Source: Octopus bimaculoides (lineage: Eukaryota). From it: a DNA stretch of 64,000 nucleotides. The notes beneath the pieces are model-generated. The model worked only from the letters and a program-made list of their open reading frames with translations. It made no database searches and was not told where the DNA came from. Shown one piece after another: positions 25,256 to 36,383 of this stretch. Within the stretch, counting starts at the first letter, position 1. Each line of letters starts with the position of its first letter. The translations under genes and the position numbers were made by a program. The stretch covers positions 32,475,096 to 32,539,095 of the forward strand of contig NC_068989.1 of the NCBI RefSeq assembly GCF_001194135.2, in the 5' to 3' direction.

Positions 25256-25678
25256 ATATATATGTAATGTATGTGGTGCTAAGTTATTGTAAATTTAAAA
25301 CAGCATAAATGAATTATTAACACTTTTGTGACTTTTGGACCACTCCGTAGAAGAGAGATTGGGAGTGACTGTGCTGGAGCCAGGAAGAGAGATAAAGATG
25401 GTGAGGATAAGATTTCATGGTTGGCTCTAAGGACAGAATTGGTAGTGAAAGTTGCTAGAGGTTGTAAGAGTGTATGTAAAGAGTGAGGGCTGTTTAGAGA
25501 TGGTAAGTATACTGAATGAGAAACGAAGGTTGTGGTGGGTCAGATGGAAGGTAAATAACTGACAACTAGAAATTCTGTAAGGTTGGGCACTGGATGTAGT
25601 GAAAGGTAAAGGGGACAATCATGTGAGTTGAGGGAATGCTGGAGAGAGTATGTGCTGCCAGTCAGATAGTAAACAGGA

Positions 25679-28600
25679 CCTTTTCAAATAGCTAAATCAG
25701 TCGCAGATTTAACGATATGAAAGCAACATTGCTTTCTTTAACATGGCATGTCTTCTATGTTCGACACTAGCTAAATTAGTTGTGGATTTGACGGCCCTAG
25801 TGGCAACATCACTCTTTCTGCTATGCGCCTTTACAGTGTTCACTACCAACGCCAAGCAACTCATTTCACTTATATCTATCACCATTCTGCAGCCGATACA
25901 CACCAAACTTAAATACATAGTAAGTCATGCAAAATTCATTCATGTCTTGCTACACATTTCTCATTTTCCCAATACTCTACATTTTTTTAACATTCACACC
26001 CAAAGATAAAAATTAATTCTTATACACTCAATTTGATTAGCACTTACCAACAACCCAAAATAAATTATTATGCTTTATGAACAACACATGCCTTCTGACA
26101 TTTATTTCTACATACACTTTATTCCATGTTACATTGTGACATTGTTACCTTCCAACACATTACATTCGAACATGTTACAACTTTGAACTAACTTGCCTAC
26201 CAATCCACTAAATTGATGACCCCACGACTCACTAAATTGGTGACTTTCCAATGTCAAAATATTTCCCAAAGCAAAATATATTTTTTGTAGAACGGTGCTA
26301 TGCAGAGGCAAGCTACAATTGTACACGCTCATCAGTCAAAGACATTTAATATTTTTGTACCATGGAGGATTCTGTAAATAATGGCATTCTTCATGTAATG
26401 GCATTGTCCACATAATGGTTTCATTCATTTTCTTTTAAACCACCTATCATATTGCATGTATTTCATTTTCAACATGGCAGCCTGTCTTCTTCATGTGTAA
26501 CTTCGTGGTGTTTTATTCATGCGCACCAGTGCCTTTAGCGCATGTCTTGCCTCATTTCAATTTAATTTTCCCCACTCATCGCCATTGGTCACACCATTGA
26601 AGAAGATGGCTTCTGATTTTTACTAGCGCTGCAACCATCGAGGACCTGCTTCCTTCGACTTCTTTCTGTCAGCCACACCATTTTATTGGTGTAATCAGTT
26701 TTTATCAATGTTTCGTCCTTCATTGTCCTGGACTTCTGCTTTGACTCACTGATCTTCTCCAGCTCTGCTTCCTGAAGATGATTTCGGCACTTTTGCATCT
26801 GATCAAATCTGTCTTGTTTTTTTGCTGCTCAGAAACACTTGCTTTACAGCATCCCTCCTTGCTCTTCATGTTTCCGATGCAAAGCTTCAGCTTGTGGTAT
26901 TGCATCAGGCACAACGATCGCTGCCATATTTCTACTGTTTCTCATTTTGTCTACTTAGAACCCACTTGAACTCTTGTATATATACTGGAACTTTTCTTTG
27001 CATGCACCTAGTTTTGCATTTCAGTTGCTACTTTTTAACTTTTCAGGACCCTTCCTATCCATATACATGTTTTTGGATGTTCTATATTTTATTTGTAAAA
27101 TTTTTCAACATTCCTACACACATGCACCACATATTATACTTTCATTAGTTGCAATCGTATACCACACTGTGTCGTTCTTGCCATGCATGCTTACACACTG
27201 CCTCAGTCATGCAATGACTGGCACATTCAGCACTCACGTGCGTACTCACACTACCTCAGCCATGCAGCGACTGTACACTGCGCACACAAAGCGACACTGC
27301 TATTTGAGATCACCCAAATAGATCCTCTTCTGTGCACATTCCCTGGATTCTCTCTCCTGATATGCACATTTTATTTTTCTCAACTTTGCCTCACATTCAC
27401 CAACACAAATACTTTTCACAATTCTGAATGTTGTTTTCATTTTGCTCGTCTTTTGCATTTTTTATTCCTCCTGACAATAATCACCTGAGATGGTAAAGGG
27501 CATCCAACATAGCATAACTTTTTCACAACACTGTATTTGTCATCATGGCTTGTTTGTATTGGCTTGCAGTCTGCAGTGGGGTAGTGTAGTGAGACATGAA
27601 AGGGATATTGTCATGGTTACATAGCACAGTTGTGCTATGGCCTCTTCATCCAATTAGAGCTAGCTGTGGAAGGATACATGTGGTAACGTCCATCTAGCAG
27701 TAAATGTGCCTTTTTCAAACAGCTAAATCAGTTGTGGATTTGATGGCGTGAAAGCAACATTGCTTTTTTGCACACAGCACATCTTCTATGTGCAACACTA
27801 GCTAAATCAGTTGTGGATTTGATAGCCCAAGTGGCAACATCACTCTTTCTGCTGTGAGTCTTTTACAGTGTTCACTACCAACGCCAAGCAACTCATTTCA
27901 CTTATATCTATCACCATTCTGCAGCCGATAAGCACCAAACTTAAATACATAGTAAGTCATGCAAAATTCATTCATGTCTTGCTACACATTTCTTATTCTC
28001 CCAATGCTCTACATTTTTTTAACATTCACACCCAAAGATAAAAATTTATTCTCACTTTACTTAGCACTTATCAACAATCTAAAATAAATTACCATGCTTT
28101 ATGAACAAAACATGCCTTCTGACATGCGACACATGAAATCTTTTGAGCGGGATCGTTGCCAGTGCCCCTGGACTGGCTCATGTGCGGGTGACACATGAGG
28201 TTTTCGAGTGAGATCGTTGCCAGTGCCCCTGGACTGGCTCTTGTGCAGGTGACACATGAAATTATTCAAGTGAATTCGTTGCCAGTGCCCCTGAACTGGC
28301 TCTTGTGTGGGACCATCGTAGGATTTTCGAGCGAGAGCATTGCCAGTGCCCCTGGACTGGCTCATGTGCAGGCAACACATGAAATCTTTNNNNNNNNNNN
28401 NNNNNNNNNNNNNNNNNNNNNNNNNNNNNNNNNNNNNNNNNNNNNNNNNNNNNNNNNNNNNNNNNNNNNNNNNNNNNNNNNNNNNNNNNNNNNNNNNNNN
28501 NNNNNNNNNNNNNNNNNNNNNNNNNNNNNNNNNNNNNNNNNNNNNNNNNNNNNNNNNNNNNNNNNNNNNNNNNNNNNNNNNNNNNNNNNNNNNNNNNNNN

Positions 28601-29183
28601 NNNNNNNNNNNNNNNNNNNNNNNNNNNNNNNNNNNNNNNNNNNNNNNNNNNNNNNNNNNNNNNNNNNNNNNNNNNNNNNNNNNNNNNNNNNNNNNNNNNN
28701 NNNNNNNNNNNNNNNNNNNNNNNNCCTAAATTGGCTCTTGTGTGGGGTTGTTGTAGGATTTTCGAGCGAGATCGTTGCCAGTGCCACTGGGCTGGCTATT
28801 GTGCGGGTGACACATGAGGTTTCTCGAGCGAGATGAGCGTGGCCGTTGCCAGTACCGCCTGACTGGCCTTCGTGCGGGTGACACGTAAAAGCACCCACTA
28901 CACACTCTGAGTGGTTGGCGTTAGGAAGGGCATCCAGCTGTAGAAACTCTGCCAAATCAGATTGGAGCCTGGTGTAGCCATCTGGTTTCACCAGTCCTCG
29001 GTCAAATCGTCCAACCCATGCTAGCATGGAAAGCGGACGTTAAACGACGACGACGACGATACACTTCATTCCACGTTATATTGTGACATTGTTATCTTCC
29101 AACACATTACATTTGAACACGTTACAACTTTGAACTAACTTACCTACCAATCCACTAAACTGGTGACCCCACAACTCACTAAA
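25679..29183. repeat. Local direct duplication of a ~560-bp segment (25679-26236 and 27709-29183); the second copy is interrupted by a SINE
   Basis: Collinear high-identity match, e.g. CACTACCAACGCCAAGCAACTCATTTCACTTATATCTATCACCATTCTGCAGCCGATA in both copies. Confidence 0.9.
28126..29060 (+). mobile_element. OR-like SINE carrying an expanded ~61-bp internal tandem array
   Basis: GCCAGTG recurs at 28158, 28219, 28281 and 28342, then after the gap at 28777 and 28848. Normal SINE 3' end with a (GAC)n tail. Confidence 0.9.
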
Positions 29184-29227
29184 CCCCCTTGGCTGTTAAT
29201 TAGATCACCTAGGCAATAGAAACCATT

Positions 29228-29379
29228 CAGTTCTATATTTAAGAGATGAGGAATTATGTACATTATTTACATTATTTATGGGCATATGGCATAGTGGTTA
29301 AGAGCGCGGGCTACTGACCCCCAAGATTCCGAGTTCAATTCCAGGTAATGACCTGAATAATAATAATAATAATAATAAT

Positions 29380-29476
<97 letters not shown>

Positions 29477-29618
29477 TCATTGAAAAATACCTTAGGACTG
29501 AGAACCCAGGTTTGAAATTTCCCCAAGACACCTGATGAAGGCTGGAGGGTATAGCAGCCGAAATGTTGTGTTAACAACAAACAAGATGAGGACAAATATC
29601 TGTCAAATGTAAATAATG
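29228..29618 (+). mobile_element. Non-autonomous retroposon: tRNA-like head, (AAT)n(AAC)n and a minimal hammerhead, flanked by a 13-bp TSD
   Basis: TSD AATAGAAACCATT at 29215-29227 and 29619-29631. A-box TGGCATAGTGG at 29287-29297. B-box GTTCAATTC at 29333-29341. Hammerhead at 29528-29571. Confidence 0.85.
29528..29571 (+). ncRNA. Minimal type-I hammerhead ribozyme
   Basis: Stem I ACAC/GTGT; CTGATGA(A) at 29532-29539; stem II GGCTG/CAGCC; GAAA at 29560-29563; stem III ATGT (probably ACGT before CpG decay); GUU site. Confidence 0.8.
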
Positions 29619-29999
29619 AATAGAAACCATTTACTACTTCTAGGGACCTCATGGATATTTGAGAATATCTTTTTTTCCTGTACTTTTAGTGTTTATTGCT
29701 CCTGCATATATGTCACATATGAAGTCTACTTTCACTGTTATGCTTCTTGTGGATCCTATGCACATCTTGAGTGTTCAGTCTGCATTGGGTATACAGTATG
29801 GAATTTCCATTCCTTCCCTTCCATTAGGGAAAAGGCCTTGCTTCATATGTAGAAGTGTTCTATCTGTTTTCCTATTTACTAAATCTTTGGTCTTTGCTAA
29901 ATTAAGTATGAACCTTTTGATTACAGGTTTTTTTCCACATCTGGTTTTTTTTGAAATTCTACAGATTCAGTTTTAATAATTAGTGTGTCTGCATACAGT

Positions 30000-31130
30000 A
30001 GTTCCTATGAGCAATCAATCTGAAACTTTTCTGTTATGACCTGAAGGACTGCGATAAATAGGAGACTTAGAAACAAGGCTTGATAACTTTTACTTGCATA
30101 TTTGTTGTCAAACTCTTTTTCAATTCTCACCTCACAGCACCCCTGTACATGGCATGTATGGCTCTCACAAGCTCTTGTTCTACCTTTAGCTTCCTCAGTG
30201 ACTACCATATCACAAAGTGAATGACTCTGTCAAAAGCTTTCTTCCAGGTCAACAAATGCTAAGTACAGTGGATCACTTTTAGCCAAGTACTTCATCAGGA
30301 AGAGGGAATCTGTGGTATTTTCTGTGGTAAAAACCAAACTGCATCTCATCTAACTCTCTCCCTAATTAATTGAACTACAACTGTTTCTATAACTTTCATG
30401 GCCTGGTCCAGCAATTTGATACCTCTGTAATTACTTCTCCCTAAGTCATCTCCTTTACACTTGTAACAGTTAACTAAAATGCTGCTATACCAGTCATATA
30501 TATCCTGATTGAACTTATGAGTAACTAGGCCATATCCTAGTCTGCTAGATATTTTAAGCACCTCAGCAGTAATTCCTGATAGACCAGGGACTTTCTTGCC
30601 TTCATATCCATAATTGCTTTATCTGTCATACTGCTATCACCTAGAATGGCTGATCCCTTTGTTGAGTCCTTATTGAGAACACTTTTCTTCTAGTCTTCTT
30701 TCATAGAAACCACTTTCATGCAGGTTTACACTTATCCATCTGTACACATATCTCTCCCATAATGTCTTGATTTTCTCTACATTGCCTTGTAGTTTGGAGT
30801 ACCTAATATCTCTCTTCCTCATCCTGCAGAACATTGGCATACTGCTTACTTTCTGCATATCTCCTTGCTAAATCATTATGTTACCTCGCTTTTCTTTTAG
30901 GTGCCTGGTATAAATCTGTTATTATCACTCTTCCACTTATGTTTCTATGTATTTCACTCTTCTACAACCTTATCACTTTCTATCTTTAGCCCTCAGAAGG
31001 TTATCATGTGGAGCTTCTGGTTGTCTTGTGTCATGCCTTTCATCTACTCCTCCTTGTCAAATGGCTTCAACTAGTACTTCTCTAAAATGCACATGATTAT
31101 TCTGAGTGCAATTTCAACACTAGTATAGTA
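30000..31130 (-). mobile_element. RTE-clade LINE remnant (RT region)
   Basis: MLKIS..DW.SSILVNCYKCKGDDLGRSNYRGIKLLDQAMKVIE..LIRERV, plus a decayed AFVDLE.AFD and VRI..EF.N...QG..LS.LLF. Confidence 0.88.
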
Positions 31131-31932
31131 AATACAGATTTTAAGTTGATGTAAATTAAATTTCTATACAATGCAGGGAGCATCTTGCAGTTTCATTAAG
31201 AATAAGATAGAAGTTTAAGATGCTCACATTCATTTAGAAGGTCTCTATAATTGAGTTTTTGCAATATATACATTAACCAGATGTCCATATTCTCTGTTTG
31301 AATTTAGCAAGAGTCTCAAACAGGGAGAAAAGCTTCTGCTGAGTTTTTCACTGTTCCTGAGAAGTACCTCTTCATATTTGTTGTCAAACTACTGGGACAT
31401 GAACTTCAATTTTCTTGTTTTCCTCCATCACTATAATCTGAATCTGTACTCTTCTAGCCTTCAAGACTGATAGCATCAAGTATGTTCACTTTTAACTGTA
31501 GGACTTGATTTGTTTTGTTCTCTCTTTTGGGAATGTCATTCTAACAACTTACTAGAAAGTTTGTTTTCAGATTCTATATTTTCTTACTCAATCATTCTGA
31601 TTTTTTAACTTGAGATCACCTATTCAGTGTCAGGTGACAACAGAGTCTGGTGTATATTTAACTTTCTTGAAACTTCTAAGTAGAGCTTGAAAAGTATCAA
31701 AATGTGACAGCAAATAACTGATTGACCACAGCATCTTTTTCTAAAACTGAGGTCAGAATATTTCATCAAAATGTAAAAGCAAATGAAAGTAATATAGATT
31801 GTGAATAAAGTCAAGAATTTTACAATCTGTAGACAACACACTGCTGCTTTTACCCCTACCAAGTTTAAGCTGTTTCCAGGACATGATTCAGTAGATACAT
31901 CAATGATTGCAATCCAGTATAGTGTCCAGACA

Positions 31933-31990
31933 TATGAGGTGCATTCAAAAAGTATCCAACTTTATTTTTTCCTGCCAAAACTAATGCTGC
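31933..31990 (+). mobile_element. Mariner-like terminal sequence
   Basis: TATGAGGTGCATTCAAAAAGTATCCAAC resembles TACGAGG..TTCAAAAAGT mariner TIRs. No partner end found. Confidence 0.4.
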
Positions 31991-32569
31991 ATGGCTAAAA
32001 TCCTTTTGGTGGAAGGTGATACCACCCTTCCTGTGCATGCATAAAAATTTTCACACTGGTAGACCATGAATGCATTCAGTCATCTTGTGTGAAAATGGGA
32101 ATCTGACAAGTGTGCATCATACATCTGTATTCTTGGTGTAACAGCTTGGAACTGACACGGCCTACTGGCACAAAAGTTTTATGTATGCGCAGGAAGGGTG
32201 GCTTCCCCTTCCACCGAAAGGATTTTGCCTAGGTGGCATTGTATTTTTTTAGAAGTAGCACAAAGAATACGACCCATTAGTTTGGTAAATTCTTCACAAT
32301 TTGCCCATCTCCTCCTCCCCCTTCTCTGCCCTATAAAAGTTGTATACATCCTTTCAGCTGAAGACTTATCTTAATTCATATATAAGATGAGAACAAAAAA
32401 AAAAAAAAAAAAGGTCTGATTTTAAAATTAAGGTATTCATTCTAAAAATATATATTTTCTATTAGCAAATATTTTTACAGTTCAGTTTTATATTTATTTA
32501 TTTATTTATTTATTGACAAAATTTTACAAACCTATGTAGATAAGTATTGGGCCCTTAGACCTGTGGGAC

Positions 32570-34480
32570 TGACTCTTGGACAACTGTCCAGTGTGCCCAT
32601 GCTTTACAGCACTAGACACAAGTGTTTGTCTCTGCAACTGTCATCCAGTCTGGCACCTTGAATTCAACATCCATGATTCTTTTGAATAGGTTAAGAACTT
32701 TGTAGAATGCAGAACTTCATATACAGGTAACTGACTATCAAGTCTTTTCCAAGTGTTTTTCCATTTAGTAATGTTACTTTATGGTTTTTTGAGATTTCCT
32801 CTCAGAATGACTCCAGATCATTTTGGGGAGGAGGAACATTTACAAACTTGATGATATGGCCTTTTGCATTGCAGTTATGCTGTTGCAAACTTGTGTTTTA
32901 GAGTTCACTCCTATTTTCTTGTAATTTCTTAGAATGACAAAGCTTTGGGCTTTTTACTTGTAGTTTGTGTTTAAGAGCAAGTAATTTACTTGTTTTCATC
33001 AGCAGTCCTCATAGTTTTGGTAGTTTACCATAAAGCTGGTGGCTCTTGAGTTCATTACTAAGTTCATTTGCAATTGAAAATAAAAGCTGAATTTCTGATG
33101 TTTATTTCGAGTGTTTTTTATTTATTTATTTGGGAGACAGAAATATTCCATTTTTGGGAATTCTCATTTCAGTCAATTTCTGTTAGCCTTATCTATCAGC
33201 TGTATGCATGATTTTGCAATCTAAGAACACAAGATAGCTACAAAATACCTGATGGACAAAATGTGACAGTAAAGATCTTAAACCACTAAACTGCAACACA
33301 ATACAGTAGAACAGCTGATGTCCATAAGAGCATGGATAACATCAAGTCTATCAACTTGTGTCATATTCTTTCTATTACTTAATAGTTTGTTGATGTTAGT
33401 GGTGACATTCTAAATGTTGTTGCAACCTGTTGTTAGTGGTGACATTCTAAATTTTGTTGCAACCTGTTGATGTTAGTGGTGACATTCTAAATGTTGTTGC
33501 AACCTGTTGATGTTAGTGGTGACATTCTAAATGTTGTTGCAACCTGTTGATGTTAGTGGTGACATTCTAAATTTTGTTGCAACCTGTTGATGTTAGTTGT
33601 GACATTCTAAATTTTGTTGCAACCTGTTGATGTTAGTTGTGACATTCTAAATTTTGTTGTNNNNNNNNNNNNNNNNNNNNNNNNNNNNNNNNNNNNNNNN
33701 NNNNNNNNNNNNNNNNNNNNNNNNNNNNNNNNNNNNNNNNNNNNNNNNNNNNNNNNNNNNNNNNNNNNNNNNNNNNNNNNNNNNNNNNNNNNNNNNNNNN
33801 NNNNNNNNNNNNNNNNNNNNNNNNNNNNNNNNNNNNNNNNNNNNNNNNNNNNNNNNNNNNNNNNNNNNNNNNNNNNNNNNNNNNNNNNNNNNNNNNNNNN
33901 NNNNNNNNNNNNNNNNNNGTTGATGGTAGTGGTGACATTCTAAATTTTGTTGCAACCTGTTGATGTTAGTTGTGACATTCTAAATTTTGTTGCAACCTGT
34001 TGATGTTAGTTGTGACATTCTAAATTTTGTTGCAACCTGTTGATGTTAGTTGTGACATTCTAAATTTTGTTGTAACCTGTCTTTTGAGCTCTTTATATTC
34101 TTTATTCATTTCTATATGTTTGTAAGCAGCTGTCGCATGATTGTGTGATAGTAGGAGTCCTCTTTCAGTGTTGTTTTGGTTTTGCTTTCGTTGTGGTTTA
34201 TGTTTTCAGTAATTTTCTCAAAGAAAGAATCCACTGGGCTGTTGATACTCTTATTTTCTGTGAACTTTGGTACTCCATGTAAACAATCGAGCAGTTTTCT
34301 TACTTCTTTGTAGAATTGGTATAGGTCTTGATTCAATTCAAAGTCCTTGCAAATTTCTCTTGATAGCTGACCCTGGTTCCCTGCCTTACATTGGTGTATA
34401 TAGTTACCTTGTGTTATCAGTTTGTTTTTGCTTCTTCATTATTGCTGTGGTACTTAAAATGCAGTCCTTTGCATTTATTG
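32570..34480 (-). mobile_element. Third R4/Dong-type LINE remnant (pre-RT region), interrupted by a minisatellite
   Basis: A ~110-codon open frame, DFELNQDLYQFYKEV..P...DSFFEKI..NHNES, resembles the F..NQ..FY..L..P..FW..IW..HN region. KVPDWMTVAET resembles PEW...G.T. Confidence 0.55.
33388..34080. repeat. 40-bp minisatellite (GTTGATGTTAGTGGTGACATTCTAAATGTTGTTGCAACCT)n spanning a gap
   Basis: AACCTGTTGA recurs at 33461, 33501, 33541, 33581 and 33621, and again after the gap. Confidence 0.97.
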
Positions 34481-34544
34481 ACAGATAATCAGTTTTTTTT
34501 CAAAACTTGTATGAATGGCAACAAACAGTTCTACATGCCAAAAC

Positions 34545-34740
34545 CGACCTTGCCTGTGCTTGTGCCATGTAAAAAGCACTCAGTTCACTCTGCTAGATAG
34601 TTGGTGTTAGGAAGGGTATTCAGCTGTAAAAACCCCCACCAAAACAGACAGAAATCTGGTGCAGGCTCCTGCCTGGCCAGCTCCTGTCAAACTGTCCAAC
34701 CCATACCAGCATGGAAAGTGGACATTAAATGATGATGAAA
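34545..34740 (+). mobile_element. OR-like SINE 3' part
   Basis: GTTAGGAAGGGTATTCAGCTGTAAAA..CAGCATGGAAAGTGGACATTAAATGATGATG. Confidence 0.8.
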
Positions 34741-35049
34741 GAATGAGTACTGCCCCTATCCTGATGCAACTGATTTCACAGTGTGTGTGAGCATGAGCAC
34801 AGAAAACTGGGTGCATAGCTAATAGAGGATGCAGCTGACTAGTTTAGAGGTATTGAGGCTATTGTAGGATTAAAGAAAATGTGCATCTATGACATAAATT
34901 TGCCATGTATTGGTGAATGCATTTCCATAAATCAGTTGAACAGCTTTTGTTTGGAAGCAACAAGAAAAAAAAAACAACTAAGCAAGTCAAAGTATTTTGG
35001 ATTTGTATGTTTAAAAATGCAGTTTTGGCAATGATATGCAAAGTTGTCA

Positions 35050-36290
35050 TGAAAGATCATCTAAGATGAGAGCCTTAGAGGGCTGAAGATAATGTAGCTA
35101 TTGACTGTATACTGTTTGAGGTTATTAAAATCTCATAATCTCCTAGGATATTTTCAAAGTCAGTACAATTATGTCTCCCTTGAATTGTCAACAGGTCCAG
35201 GAAAACAATGGCAAATATTGTTAAGTAGGTCTTCTATATTAGAAGAGTGTGAGTAACAAATTCAAATCTTTGGGAACACCAGAGTTGATAATGTAGGTCA
35301 AAGAGAACTTAACTTCATGCAGCAGTGAAGTAATCTAATGGGGATATTGATCTAAGAGCTGGATGTAGCCTATAAACAAGCAGTTTTGGTTAGAGATTGC
35401 TGTCCTAGACGGTCATGTCTGGAGTGAAACCTTTGTGTGGAAAATAAATACAGGGTGGGATCTGTATAAGAGTGTGTATTACTAAAAGTAACAGTGAGAA
35501 GGTCATTTATGTATAGAAAGAAAAATGTTCATGAGGTTGACTTGCAAATCCACGGGCTACATCCATTCAACTTTATGAAGGTTGGGAGATAAAGGAGTGA
35601 AGGGTAGTATCTGTATAGGACTGTGTATGCGAGTGATAAAAAAAAAATGTAATTTATGTATTGCAGAAAGGATATGCATCTGTATGGTTTGGAAACAGCT
35701 ATGTTAGAATAATAGGTGAGACAGACAGCTTATATGCAAGGTACCAGCTAGGGGTCTTAATGAGTAGATGTGGTTGAAAGTTTTACTCATGTCAAAGGCA
35801 ACAACTAAAGTTTCCAAGAGCAAGAAACCATTGTTGTTCAAAGACAGGAATATTACACTATTATTGTAAAAGAGTTATGTGCTACATACTCCCATTAAAC
35901 AGTAAGAACACACAATTTATGCCTTCTGCAGTTTCTACTAAGTTGGCAGAGACCCTCTTGGAAGAGAATCAAAAAGTGAAGAAATATTGGTTGTAGTTTG
36001 TTGGTGAATGTTTACCAGTAAGTGAAATGACCTTTCTGCTGCCTAAGATGTTTTGTTAAGGTTTATATGACTGAGGTGGTTGTGAGAAATTTAGATTTTT
36101 ATACCAAGCTAGAAGGCATAAATTGTGTGCTCTTAATGTTTACTGGGAATGTGTACAACAAGACTCTTTCTATGATAGTGTATCATTTGTGTCCATGTAC
36201 TGTGTAAGATCAGATTTACCTGTTCTCTCCACCTTTAATGCCTTTTCAGGCTTCTGAAAAGAGAGTGTGATAATTAGGGTACATGTGGAT
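35050..36290 (-). mobile_element. Decayed LINE reverse transcriptase (CR1/L2/Jockey group)
   Basis: ETLVVAFDMSKTFN (ALDISKAFD) and FFLYINDLL..THSYTDPTLY (LF.LYINDL..HSYADD.TL). Confidence 0.75.
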
Positions 36291-36338
36291 GACATGTTTA
36301 AAAAGATGAGGAATAAAGTGTAATATCATTTGCATGCA

Positions 36339-36383
<45 letters not shown>

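Noticed and set aside
25345-25680. Faint plus-strand RTE-like trace (ETKVVVG)
   Set aside because: Too decayed to annotate as a feature; mentioned only as a caveat to the strand-bias finding.
28126-28900. CRISPR-like appearance of the ~61-bp repeats (and of the 40-bp array)
   Set aside because: The units are contiguous tandem copies without unique spacers, the context is eukaryotic, and there are no cas genes.
28195-29027. Long ORFs containing X runs (also 1733-2245, 33614-33955, 37112-37883)
   Set aside because: They stay open only because N-gaps contain no stop codons.
29281-29345. Possible tRNA gene
   Set aside because: It has A/B boxes but no acceptor-stem 3' half and an imperfect anticodon stem. 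It is the head of a TSD-flanked retroposon.
29298-29652. Poly-Leu and poly-Val ORFs
   Set aside because: They are translations of the (AAC)n/(AAT)n microsatellite.
34112-34440. ~110-codon minus-strand open frame that looked like a host exon
   Set aside because: It has no good splice acceptor, and its motif pattern fits the pre-RT region of R4/Dong-type LINEs, collinear with RT-like remnants at 32.6-33.0 kb.
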